Shown: positions 37,091 to 50,335 of the stretch, in pieces
How positions within the stretch are numbered: position 1 is the first letter of the stretch
Layout: each line of letters starts with the position of its first letter
From: Octopus sinensis
Taxonomy: Eukaryota
Direction: 5' to 3'
NCBI RefSeq assembly: GCF_006345805.1
Contig: NC_043007.1
Location: 59,086,001 to 59,150,000, forward strand
Length of the DNA stretch: 64,000 nt
Made by a program: the position numbers and the translations under genes
Notes under the pieces: model-generated
Told to the model about the DNA's origin: nothing
The model's database searches: none
The model's input: only the letters and a program-made list of their open reading frames with translations

Positions 37091-39618
37091 ATACAGGCAT
37101 ATGTGCGTGCGTACATACGTATTCATTCACACAGTCATGAATTTCTAATTTTGGCACGAAGGTCAGCAATTTTGAGGGAAGGAGGTAGTCGATTACCCCA
37201 ACTCCATTCTTCTATTGCTACTTATTTTGATCAACCTCCGAAACTATGAAAGGTGGTATTTGAGCCCAAAACATAGTGTTGAAAGTATTGTCGCTAAGCA
37301 TTTTGTCCAACCTTCTAATAATTCTGCCTGTTCGCCGCCTGTACATGAATAGGAGTCCGGACAAAAGCCCCACGGTTATTTTTTCGTTTTTAGAATTTTT
37401 AGTTGAATGTATTGACCCCAGAATTTTTTTTACTTGTTGCAGTTATTAAAACTGTGGCCGGCCATGCTGGGGCACCACCTTGAAAATTTTTTAGATGGTT
37501 GTATGGAACCCAGAATTTTTTTTAAGCTTGATCAAAACCACTTCTGTGACATAATTCATTTTTGTTTTTCTTTCTCGACTTAACTTTATGCGCAGATTAA
37601 AAATCATAAAAAAATTCTGGGGTTGTTATATTAGACTAAAAATTCTTCAAGGTGGTGCCCCAGCATGGCCGCAGTCTAATAACTGTAACAAGGAAAAAGG
37701 GAAAAAATTCGGGGATCGATACGTTCAGCTAAAAATTCTTCAAGGCGGTGCTCCAGCATGGCCGCAGTCTAATGACTGAAACAAGTAAAAGGTGAAGAAA
37801 AAAAAAACGAAAAAATAATCGAAAAATATGATCGTGGGGCTTTTGTCCTACACTCACATGAATAAGAGTTAATATAGAATGTCATTACTTTAAAAGAAAT
37901 CTACAAAAGTTAAAAGAAAAATCATCGTAGGAAATGTATAGATTTTTAAAAATATGGGTTAAATCAATCAAACACATACTTAGGACAATACCATTTCCTC
38001 GTAAACTTTATAAATCTTTCTGTTTAAAAGACAAAGTAATCAACCGATGAAACTAATACAGTTTCGCACCTCACTTAAATGATTCGCATTCTGTTTGTTT
38101 TTGATAAAACCTCTGTAAAAACGTTTCTTTTACAGTAGTTACAAAGACTGCGATTGCTTGATATATTTGGAAGAGCAACCAAATATTACTAAATAAAAGG
38201 TAAAGATCAAGTTACTCTACATTTTAGAATTATTACCTTAATATATTTTCGCAATTGTCTTTAATTTCCAGCTCATGTTTAATCATTTTCTCAGACAAGC
38301 TCTGAGATAAGTCAGCATCTGAGCACCACAAGCAGAATAGACTAAAAATTTATAATTCTTTGTTGAGCAGCTTTATCAGACATCGACAGCTCTCGAGTAC
38401 TGCGCTTTAAAAAAAAATGTTTTTTTAATCCTTCATTTTAATTTTCGCTTATTCATTATTCCATGTTACCTCTTACTTTCCGAATCAAACAAATTGCAAG
38501 AACTGTGAGTGGGAAAATGGTTACGAACACAGTTCTAATCAACTGTGTGGATTTTGGTAAGTTTCTGGATCAGGCACTTAACTCTATGAATCTCAGTTCT
38601 TCGTCCCACAAGAAATCGTCGGCGAACGCATCATTTACGACAGTTGTTCTATTTAAGATCATGAAACCGAGTTAAATCCCAGCTGCTAAAAACTATATGT
38701 TGTATTTATGTATCATTAAATTGGTTTGAGATATGACCGCCCCTGGGAAGAATGTAAAGTCCCTAAAATTCTTCTAACAGAATTTGAGTTAATGATGAGA
38801 AAAGTTGTGGTGCAGCCTGAGAAAGGACCCAGAATGTTCTTTGCTGTTGTTGGCATTTAAGAATAGAACAAAGTTGGAATGTACCTTGATGTAAAATCTT
38901 TTTACACAAGAATAGAATCAAATACATTTTTCGTTAATTAAACGAAATATTTATGAGGCAATAATTTATCAGAAATATCAAGACTTAAGAGCATGTTGCA
39001 CCTAATTTTGCAGACAAAATTTAAATATCACGGATAATTAATTTTCTAAAGACAAAACTTAGTCCTTCCTTACAAATCATAGCTCAACAAAATATAGCAA
39101 ACACATTAGAAAAAAAAAAAAACTATCATGTCCACCCTACGATTTTTATAGAGAAATTGTATAAACGGTTGCGTCGGTCTCAGTTTGTAACGAGTACTTA
39201 TTTTGGAAACAAGTGGAATAAAAGAAAAAATTGGGTACAGTGGACAATAAAGTGAACAGAAATGCAATGAATCAAAATGAAATATATGTATGTAATCTAA
39301 TAAACAACACCCCATTGTGTAAGTAGTTGCTGGCGTGCCTAACAACTGTCTAAATAAGGACACTGAAAAATCACTTTTTTTTGTTTTTTGGAGAACCTAA
39401 CGTTACATCACATACCAAAGCATTCTTTTGGTTTACATCGACCCCAGTGCTCGACAAGTACTTATTTTGTCGACCTCGAAAGGATGAAATACAAAGTCGA
39501 CCTCGACGAAATTTGAACTCAGAACGTAACGTAAAGATGAACGAAAAACCGCTAAGCATTTTGCTTGGTGTGCTAACGATTCTACCAGTTCGCCACCTTA
39601 ATAAGAGGAAACATTGAT

Positions 39619-39828
39619 TTCAAATTTTGGCACAAGGCCAGGAACTTTAGGGGAGAAGATAAGTCGATTGCATCAACCCCAGTACTCGGCTGGAACTTAT
39701 TTTATCGAACCCGAAAGGATGAAAGGATAAATCGACCTCGGCGGAATTTGAACTCAGAGCGTTAAGACGGACGAAATGCCGTTAAGCATTTTGCCCGGCA
39801 AGCTAACGGTTCTGTCAGCTCGCCACCC
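39619..39828 (-). mobile_element. SINE family A copy with 20-bp TSD, inserted next to the head of another copy
   Basis: TSD taataagaggaaa(c/t)attgat at 39599-39618 and 39829-39848. Confidence 0.8.
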
Positions 39829-41462
39829 TAATAAGAGGAAATATTGATAGTTTGGGAATGACTGCGGAATCCGAATTTCATCACGTTACTGTTTTCAACA
39901 ACGAAGATCATGATTTTTGTCACCCCACCCCACAATTTTTTACTTCGTGTTTTTTTTTATTTTTAATTTCTTTCATTTAGTTTGTAAGATTCACGTGAAT
40001 TAGTGAGTTGAAACAAATTTTGTTGTGTGTAGGGGGTTCCACTCCTTTATTATTAGTCAATTGGTTAAATATAATATTAACTAATCGATTGTTTGTTTAA
40101 TTTGGTTAAAAGTAAGTCGTTTGTTTTTTGTTTTGTTTTTTGCCAAAGCTCTTTCATTGCTGTAGGGTTTTGACTAATTGTTTAACCAAATTAAACAAAC
40201 AATCGATTAGTTAGTTGGATATTTAACTAATAATAAAGGAGTGGAATTGAACCAGTGCCTGTGTTAATAATCTTGCAATAATGACTCCCATATTTTACTT
40301 TTACTTTTTTTCTCTTTTGTCTATGTTCTTTGAGATTACACGTTTAAAAGTACGAAGTTTTTCTTAAAAATTTAAAATTTTCTTTTCTTTCCTTTCAGAA
40401 TATCAACGCCCCGATTGCTAACGATAATTTCCCAGTTTCAATTTGTAATCATAATTCGAAGGAGGGTCCATACTCAAACAAGAGAAAAGACATAATCTCA
40501 TAAAATGTAAATATCGCTCCATGCCTGGAACTGCAGATAATCTATTTAAACTGATTTACAGTCAGTTGACGTTAGTAACACAGAAAAATTCTTTTATACC
40601 ATTCATCAAATATACAAGTCATTCATATCCTGTGAAATCATTATATTTCAACTAATAAAAGTTTCAATTAATAAAATTAAATCAAATGTATCTCGCATTT
40701 ATCGCTTTCTGACGAGTGACTTTCAGCTTAATTTTATTGTCAATTATCATCGCCTTTTATTCGTTTTGGTCATTGGACTGCGACCATTCTGGGGCACTGC
40801 TTTATTAACAATTATCTGACACTTTGATTCATTGAATTTCCTTTCAGTTCATTTCACTCTTTTTGCCACCATTATACGTTCAGGCATATAATGGCAAAAT
40901 CGTTAGCGCATCGGACAAAAAGTTTAGTGGCATTTTATCCGTCTTTATGTTTCGCGTTCAAATTCTCCTGAGGTTGACTTTGCCTTTCATCCTTTCAGGA
41001 TCGTTAAAACAAGTTGGGCACTAGGATTGATGTAAAAGACTAATTCCCTCTTCCTAATAATTGCTGGCCTTGTGTCTATAGTAGAAAGGATTGTATGTTT
41101 AGACAACGAAAGCTTGCCAAAATTTAACAGACAGGATTTGAATGAGGAACAGTTACAAAAACAGAAGCTAATCAGCGTTTAATTAAACGTCGTTAAACAG
41201 ATAAACAGTTTTTGTTTTGAGACACCAGAAATTAAAAGCTAGTTTTTAAACCAATAAATGAATTATAAACCATCTTGTTTTGAACGTTTACTTTTAGTTT
41301 GCGTAGATAAGTTACTCAAGAAAGGCATCTCATTTCCGTTCGTTGCCTTATCTTTGGGGCACTTAAAATCGAAATCGATATCTATATGAACACAAATGTT
41401 TAAAGAAGCAATATTATGTCATACCCACCCCGTCACAGAAACAAAAACAGATGATCTCTTAC

Positions 41463-41565
41463 CGAGACAATGAGCTTCTAGAAATGTGACCACCGGGATT
41501 TGAAACAAGGGATTGCCCAGAAATTCCAGTAACTCATCGTATATCCACTCATTTTTCTCGGCCAT
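41463..41565 (-). CDS. CFAP36: CFAP36 coding exon 1 (MAEKNEWIYDELLEFLGNPLFQIPVVTFLEAHCL)
   Basis: ATG at 41565; 103 nt ending at donor G|gtaaga (phase 1). Peptide matches the BART-domain N-terminus of CCDC104/CFAP36 (W..+..+..FL..P.+..P+..F+E..C). Too short for the ORF track. Confidence 0.9.
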
Positions 41566-41800
41566 AGTAACTTTTCCTGCTTGGAGTTGTGTAATGCAAT
41601 TATAGCATTTATTGTTGTCGTTAGTAACTGTATTAGCAACCGGGACAGGTGACGACCAACACCGTCAGCACACCTGACTTTGTCCGCGTTTTTCTCGCTT
41701 AGTTGAATTTATTGATAAATGTTATTAAGTAATGGTTTGGATTACTTTTAAAGCTGTCTCGATTCTATAAAGACACTATCCTATCCTTTTTTAATGTAGA
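41566..41800 (-). promoter_or_regulatory. Probable CFAP36 5' UTR / proximal promoter
   Basis: Non-repetitive, CpG-retaining sequence directly upstream of the ATG; no specific motif assigned. Confidence 0.3.
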
Positions 41801-42281
41801 TTTTTTTTACACACACTCAAACAAACGCGCACACACATACACACACGTACATCCATATAATATATACATACAACTATATGAGTAGACAGAGAGAGAGAGA
41901 GCGGAAAAGAAAGAAGTGTGTGTGTGTGTGTACGCGTGCATGTGTGTGTGTATGCGCGCGCGCGCGTGTTTGTGTGTGCGTGTGTGTGTGTGTGTGCGTG
42001 CGTGCGTGTGTGTGCACATCAGTGTGAAAATTGCTATTGTTTCCAAAAGCTCCATTTCATAAACAATATCGTAATATCGTTTGTTAAGGATTGCTTTAAG
42101 ACAAAAGTAACCATCGACCGAATGCAAAGTCAAGGATACAAAAAATACTAATTAGAACAAGTGGATAATGGGAGAAACATGCTTTGGATTGGAGACATGA
42201 TGACTGAGGCGGGTATGTATATACAGTGCATCAATAGAATCAATATAGACAATCACACAATGACAATGTGTCTTTCATGTA

Positions 42282-42312
<31 letters not shown>

Positions 42313-43146
42313 ATGTATGTATGTATGTATGTATGTATGTATGTATGTATGTATGTATGTATGTGTGTATGTATGTGGTAAATGAAAAACGGAAGATGGA
42401 AGATACGAAAATTTTTATCAATCACGACAATTGTTTCGACACATTTAGCATCGATTCCTCACGGGTGGAAGATGTAGGATCTTGCAGGCATTAAGTGTAT
42501 TCGATCCATCAAGTCAAATTTAAATTAACGGTTCAACAGAACTTTTCTCACGGTGGAACAATGGTTTTTCTCTGACAGCAATCAAGAACACACACATGTT
42601 TTCCGATCAACAACTCCATTTGTATCATTAACACCATTTATCTTAATTCTTGTGAGAAATTCAATATTAGGATGTTCTTTTGGGTATTTAGTACTACATT
42701 CTATCTTCAAATTATATATTATATCCTCATAGGGAGTCTTAGCTGGACCTCCTACAACTTGCCGCTATAACAACAACTTTTTATCGTTACAACTGTTGAC
42801 TCCGACATTTCATAATATTGAGTACCTGATCAGTTTTACCCGTTACAATTGGTAACTACACTAATTGAAACTTAACTGTTACAATTGCTGACCAACTAAA
42901 ACCTAATCGTTACAAATACTTAACAACTGGCTCAGGAGCATCCGACGGTGCAGATGTGTCTCTTTGGGTGATAAACAGATATAACTCGTTAAAACAACAG
43001 TTCCGCCATGTATCTTCTAATTTCGTGTGTGTGTTATTGCTTGTTTTTAAGTCGAGTAATAAATAAAAGCAATTTAACATTAACCTAAATGATAACTCAA
43101 TACTTAGTATAGAGTACATATTTATACTTTTACAAGAAGAGTAGTG

Positions 43147-43190
43147 ATAGTGACTTCAAAGATTCAGCCTGCTGGCCTTCATCAGACTGT
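43147..43190 (-). ncRNA. Decayed minimal type I hammerhead
   Basis: ACAGT-CTGATGA-A-GGCC(AGCA)GGCT-GAAT-CTTTGAAG-TC|ACTAT; A15.1>U and one stem I mismatch. Confidence 0.5.
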
Positions 43191-43482
43191 TCGATGTAGG
43201 TTAGCAAGCCTAAACCTCAGTCACAGTCACCGCACGCCTTGTGAAAGTATTACATAAGCTAATTAAAAATGTATAATTCTCCTTTCTTTTGTCTTTTTCT
43301 ACTATACTCTGAGAAGTTATACAGAATCTATTCGGTTGGAATGCAAATTTATGGATTCCATAAATCACAATGACTTTCACTGGGCAATTTCACTGGCCAA
43401 ATTTGATTACTGCAGAGTGTTTCTGAAATATTCGCCTAGATTTTTAATACCATTTCTTTCCTTTGCATTTAAACACACACAC

Positions 43483-43522
<40 letters not shown>

Positions 43523-44337
43523 CTCTCTCTCTTTGATTCCTTGCTCCCTTTTTTTTTTCCCTTTTTCTTTCTTCCGTGCTTTCACGTGACGGCCTTCAAA
43601 CCGGTCTTTTCGGCTTGACCGCTGCCATGTTAACGTTTGTTTTCGTTTTGCCGCAAAGGCATATTTCAAATACGCCAGCCAAGATAAGTTAAAAATTGTC
43701 TAAAGTCGTAAGACGCCCGCTGTTTTTGTCCTGCTTACCATTCTTGTTTTTTATTTCTATTTTTCGTTTCTTGTATTTATATTCGTGTGGCATCCTGTCT
43801 TTGTTTCGTATACATTCGATCCTCTTTCCAAGAAATCTAATGCCTGTGGCTTAGTTTTTCCTTGGGGCTGGCCGGTTCGGAGCGATATCGAGATTAAACA
43901 GCCGAAATTGCTAAGATGATCCTGTTCCGACTGAAGATTAGAGGTTTCGAGTGACCCGTCTGTTTTTTTTTTTTTTGTGTCGTCTCTTTGTGTGTTTTTG
44001 CGTTCTTGTCCCACTTTGTAATTTATATTTTATATTTAATTTCTATACATATATTATACATATATATATATACATATAAAAGGTTCAGACGTCGTGGTAT
44101 ATGTATATATATTCACTACTTTTGAATATTTTGCCACAAGTTTTTTATTCTCTCTTTGTTTATGTTCTCTTATTTCGAGCATAGGCCCGAAACATAAAAG
44201 ACTTTCTCACTTTCCCGAGCGTCAAACTAATACACCTGCTTGTTCTTCATACACCTGTCTTCGTCTTTTGTTTTTCTGCAAATTTCAACTATATATATAT
44301 ATTTAATCAAAATAAGCAACAAGGATATCTAGAGATA

Positions 44338-44425
44338 ATGCAGTACGATCGTTTCACGCAACTCCATTTAATTGAACAATGCAACCATTACATCAATTTA
44401 AATGCAGGGCAATCCTCAGCTGCAC
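44338..44425 (-). ncRNA. Type I hammerhead with long stem II and 8-nt palindromic stem III
   Basis: GTGCAG-CTGAGGA-(57-nt imperfect hairpin)-GAAA-CGATCG-TA|CTGCAT. Confidence 0.7.
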
Positions 44426-45384
44426 AAAGGCATAGAATTTAATTAAATTAAAATAGATGGACACAGTATAATTTTGTCTAAAATCTCCAAGAAGTTAAGG
44501 AGATAGAGAAAGAACATTGTTGCCCTTCCTTCCACTTAGAAGCTACTAAGTTATCAGGAAGAAAGACTTGTTACAGATTTTGCTTGTCACTTTTATATGG
44601 GGGTCAGTTTTAATTTATAGAGTAGTTTTAGCAAATCCCTATTTTTATCTAAGACCGGGTCTGTTAGGGGTAGGGCTGAGGGAGTCGACAGAAAACATAG
44701 TGGTATAGTCATAAAAATCAAGATTTATTTGAAGCAATATCTTGGGATTTTGTAAAGGAAAACTTAAATCAAGATGTTAGCTGACAATTAAGGGGGCTGG
44801 CCACTAGCAGACCATTGATAATGAAACAGGGGAAATCTTATCATGTAGTACTATAGTTAAATATTTTAAGCAATACTGCTATATTGTATAAAGTTAAAGT
44901 TTAGGGTTATTCAGAGGATTATAAAGAATAATAATTATAACAAAAGGATAAAATGTTTTATGAATACTTTTGAGTATATACCAAACTTTTACCACAAAGA
45001 GGAAGGAAAGAAAATTATTCAGAAATAGTTTAATATTTATATATATTATGATATTATAAACTTAAATACTAACTAATCAGATGGTATCAGTGAATATTGA
45101 TCAATACGTAGATACACGCACACACATGATCATACTGGTATTTAATAAAGGAGTACTGAGGTAAAAGAACATGCTAACTATGAATTAATTTAATTATAAT
45201 CTAAGCAGTTTAAGTAGTGAATATACCAGTATTGTTATATATAAATACTAAGATACATATACATAGATACACAAACACACATACAGACATGCATGCACAC
45301 ACATACATACATACATGCATACATACATACATACATACATACACACATGCACACATATGCATACATATATGTATATATATATAT

Positions 45385-45460
<76 letters not shown>

Positions 45461-46269
45461 TGTGTGTGTGTGTGTGTGTATGCGACTGTGTGTATGTTAA
45501 TGGAGAACTTGCATGATGTTACTATAAATATTGTAGATTAATCATATAAGGAACTTTAATCGCATAACACTGGAGGTGGGCTGCTTGTTATGTTGGCATG
45601 TTGGCATTATGTAAGCATGTGTGCGTCGTTTCAATATGTTGATAGTGATAACAAAGTTTGGTATTAATCTCCTAGATGAAATATAAGTAGTCGATAATGC
45701 TATATATATATATATCTGCGTGCATTTACACACACACACATACATGCACACAAAGACAAACGCATATAAAAGAAAACTGAGGAATTTGTTTATAAAATAT
45801 TTAGCTGCATCATCTTACGTGTATTTCATTAACAGAGAATGACTATCAGTTATATACTGTAAATTATATAATCTAATTATATTACCATATCTTCAGGGAA
45901 GTGTAACTGTTATTCGTAAGTTTGTGTGTGTGTGTGTGTGTGTGTGCTAATTTTTGCCACGCAATAATACCATCTTCTGATGGTAATACTTCGTATTTTA
46001 AAGTTTCATGCGTAGCCCACTCCAATCAATCATCAGACACAACCACTTAGTAAAATGTATTTCTGTTACTGTATTATAAGTTTAAAAAGTTATAAGCAGC
46101 ATAACTTGTTACATAGAGAAAATCTTATGTTATAAAAGAGAGCGGATCTTCGACTTTCTGTCAGTCACAACATTTATTAGAGAGAGAGAGGAAAAAAGAA
46201 GAGGAGGAGGAGAAAAAAGTTGTTGTTGAGAGAGAAATACAGTGTGTGTGAGAGAGGGTATGTGTGAAG

Positions 46270-46319
<50 letters not shown>

Positions 46320-47143
46320 GATAGATAGATAGATAGATAGATAGAGAAGTAGGTTGGTAGGTAGGAAGATAGGTAAGTAATTAGGTGGGTAGGTAAGTAA
46401 TGTTGCCACTTTAGGAACTAATAAGTTTTTATTAAAAACGCGAGAATTTTAAGAGCAAGTCTATCAACACAACGCAAGACAGCTTAAAAAAGACTCATTA
46501 TATAACAATATGGATAGTGATTTCTTTGGTGTTATGTATGTGTGTGTGTGTGTATGTGTGTGTGCCTATGTATTTATGTATGTATTTCTGCATGATCAAA
46601 TATTTTTACCGGCAGCGTAGCGATGGATAAGGACCTTGTATGTTATTATTTCAAATAAATAATTAAGCGCTGACAATTCAATCAAATGGTGGTAATATCT
46701 CGTAGTGTTTCAGGAGGTACTTTTCGAAGTGGTGACATATAGTAAGCATTATTGATCACACGTTTTATAAAGGTTTTTTTAGTACGAGGCTCCTTGTAGC
46801 ATCTATGACACACGCACGCGCGACCAAATCGAGAAAAGCGCAACCCGGCTGATTAGAATAAAATCACTCACAGGCATGCTCTAACATCTCTTCTCTCCCT
46901 GCTTTTTTTATCGCTACTATAATATCCCATCCTCCTTGGAGTTGGCTGAGCACATGCCACTCCATTCAGGTGTTCCTGATCCACTGATCTCTTCTCTTAT
47001 CAACCTGGTTATGCCTAACCACCTAAGCCTCGCACTAATCACTATGTTTAGGTCTTCAATTACAGAACATTGGGCCTCTAGAACTCTGTTCCTGTTTAGG
47101 AATTCTTTCCGAGATCTTCAGCAATGTTCTGTAACACACATGC

Positions 47144-47202
<59 letters not shown>

Positions 47203-47533
47203 ATTTTCTCTTTCTCTTTTTCTCTATCTCTCTTTCCTCTATTGCTCCTAAATTGTGGGTCCTTTTCAAAGACGTGGAGGCAGGGGTACAGTTAAATAAT
47301 GAATCAACACGTTAGACTTTTGGACAAATACTATATCTATTCCTTCAAAATATTATTCCTAGAGCGAGTATAGAGTGACACGTGATATGTACCTTTAGGA
47401 CAGGTTGTCGATAATTTTACATGCTGGGACGAACCAATCAATTAATCAGTTAACCGATTGATTAATTAATGAATGCATTTGGGAATTAATAATAAAATTG
47501 AATCGAAATACAGCCAGTACAACTACAACAGGT

Positions 47534-47565
<32 letters not shown>

Positions 47566-48156
47566 TGTATGTATGTATGCATGTATGTATGTATGTATGT
47601 ATGTATGTATGTATGTATGTATGTATGTATGTATGTATGTATGTATGTATGTATGTATGCATGTATGTATGAAAGTATGTATCAAAAGAATGTGTTATAA
47701 TACTATTCCACATATAGAAAAACAGCCATACCAGAAATCCAATAATACTATTCTACATATACAAAAACAGTCATACCAACAATCCAACATACCTCCATCA
47801 TCAGCTGCACCACAGATATCATTATGGTTTCGACACCTGGGCAGTACCATTCAATCCGGCGGTGTCAACAGCACTAAAATAAGTGTTGTTTGAGAACAAA
47901 CAAACCAAAGAAACCACAACTTTCAAACACATTTACCTTATGTACAACCGTATCGGTAAATAAATTCTATCAGTAAATTACAACTAACTCCTAAATGCGC
48001 AACTAAACAGCGACCAATCCATTAAGTCATACATAAATTATAATCCCTATCTATCTGTCTGTCCGTCTATCTATCTATCTGCGTACGTGCGTGCATGCCT
48101 GTAAGTATGTATGTACTTTTTCTCTTTTTAATTTAGAAAAAAATTCGACTGGCCAC

Positions 48157-48690
48157 CTACTTGGTAGCAAGGTTGTGAAGGAAAGCATCTTGTTTTAACC
48201 ACCATCCTTTAAATCTTGAAGAGGCCTTGAAGATTTTTATAGTCCCAGATATCGTGGTAATTTGTAGCGTATGAATTAAGGATTTGCGTTCTCTCCCCAA
48301 GATCCAAAGTTCAGCCATACTTTTTCCAGACGGGTTTGTATCTATCCTGTCGCTCCAATAATAATGGTTATGAAGCTGGAAGTATATCTGAGGTGCTGGA
48401 TTTACCAACTCTTTATCAATGGTCTATAGATGTCCTCTTTCTCTTGTATTTTTCTAACCATCTAACCATATTGATGTCTAGAGGGCAGCTGATTTCCACA
48501 ACAGAACATATCTTTTCCTTGTGGCTCCCCACACAACAATATCTGGCCGGTTGTGCTTTAACTTGGTAGCTGTTATAATTTTAAAGTTCCACCAATATTC
48601 TTTTGACCCATCAATCTCAATACGGTTAACTTCATCTGTAAGTGTTTTCTTTTTGAATGTATGTTTACACGTGTGATTCATCTATGGGGC
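48157..48690 (-). mobile_element. R4/Dong-like LINE C-terminal fragment
   Basis: EYWWNFKIITATKLKHNRPDIVVW and LIHTLQITTISGTIKI, homologous to 11300-11800. Confidence 0.7.
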
Positions 48691-49869
48691 CCGCTCTACG
48701 TTATCTCACTCTGATAGGAAAAGTATCCAAGTTTCGTTCAAATCATACCCTACTGTCTTATGGAGTCTACTAGGCCTGCTAGAAATAACAGAATTTCCAT
48801 CAAATTATAACCTAGATTTCCAATACTTTAGAAAGGCACGACAGACGTGATATTCCGAGATGTAACTATCATGTCAAGGAAATTTTCTAATTACAATTCC
48901 TTCATTTTCAGACCGTATCTGAACAAAAAGGAATTGAAACCATTTCAGTTTAAATTGTTTCAATTCCATGTCTAACTCGGGTTCGTCTTGACCATTAATA
49001 CATCTCAAAGATGATTATTGAAAACTATTGAGACAATATCTGGCACTTTTCGGTTTTCCCCCGTAGCAGATGTTTTGAACGTCGTTTTAAATTAGCTCTT
49101 TTCAATGATCTTTTTATGGACCGCCATCTTTTCATTGGTCTTTTTATATGACTAAATATCCATATATATTCAGAGCCATGTGTTCGTGTTTGACATATGG
49201 TATAAACAAGATAAAGTAAAACATATCAGAACAACGCCATGTGACTTTCATAAAATAATATCGAGGAAAATAGACTAAATAAATGAAAATAATAAACAGA
49301 TGTAAAATATATGTATTTATCATAAAATGCATGACAAAGAAAATGTGATGTTGCTGCCTATAATATGCTTGCATTCCAATGTCCATTTTATCTCTTCCAA
49401 CATTTCGACTTTATCTTTGATTCCGTTGGTATCCTGTACATTCGGGTCAGTCATATCGGGTCTTTATCGTTTTTCCTTGTCTTAATCTTTTTCTTATTTC
49501 CCATTTTACCTATAGCCTTCGATTTTATTCAATAACAAAGGTTGCTTATATGTGAAGTGACAATAAAACTTATAGTGCAAAATATTTGCAGAAGTTTAAT
49601 AAGATAATAAAAATAACAAGTGAAATAGATTCTTTACTTTTGTTTTTACTGTTTGCTGCCCCTTGAAAATGTACGTAAAGGTGAAAGTGTTTAAAGTGCT
49701 TCTCTAGAAAATAAAATTATAAAAGAATGAGTTTCTCCTGGAAAATGATATTACAAATGATCGTTTAAAAACCTATGATTTACATACATGTATACTCCTT
49801 CCTCCAACTCCAAGTGTAGAAAGTTCAACTTAGGTGGCACGGAAAACCATCACACAAAATGTAAAAATG

Positions 49870-50335
49870 TAATTGCAAGTGTTGAGGCAATTGGAATTTG
49901 GCATATGTCAGACGTATGTGGGGAATTCTTTAAACTTGGTAACATTAATGTTTAGAACCATCATGCAAATTGCAATCAAAATAAAAGCTTTTACCATGAT
50001 GAACTCGAGTAGGTGATTTGTGCAAGGGTAAATATTTGGAAAACTTGAAGACAAAGAAAATGGACGACGAAACACAAAGTAACATGCCGCTAAGCCAAAT
50101 CATCGTAAGGGGAAAAGCAAGGAGCATCCATAGACAGTTTCGAGAAGGAGATAATCCAGAAGCACTCACAACTAGTAGAGTTGCTTTGCTAGATACAAAA
50201 ATGGCGGCACACCCTACACAGCATCCGTATTTCTGGTTAAGCTGCAAATGCAGGCACCCAGGCAACCAAGGAATTTTCGTAGGTTCTTAAGAATATTTCT
50301 GAGTGTTGCAAGTAACCTCCAAAATACTACGGAAG
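49870..50335 (+). pseudogene. Tigger/pogo transposase remnant (CENP-B HTH region)
   Basis: MDDETQSNMPLSQIIVRGKARSI..., then in another frame RHTLHSIRISG*AANA.TQATKEF; multiple stops and frameshifts. Confidence 0.7.

Noticed and set aside
38463-38675. Plus-strand ORF with a g|gtaagt donor
   Set aside because: No recognisable product, and the nearest acceptor (about 40398) gives an immediate stop in the required phase.
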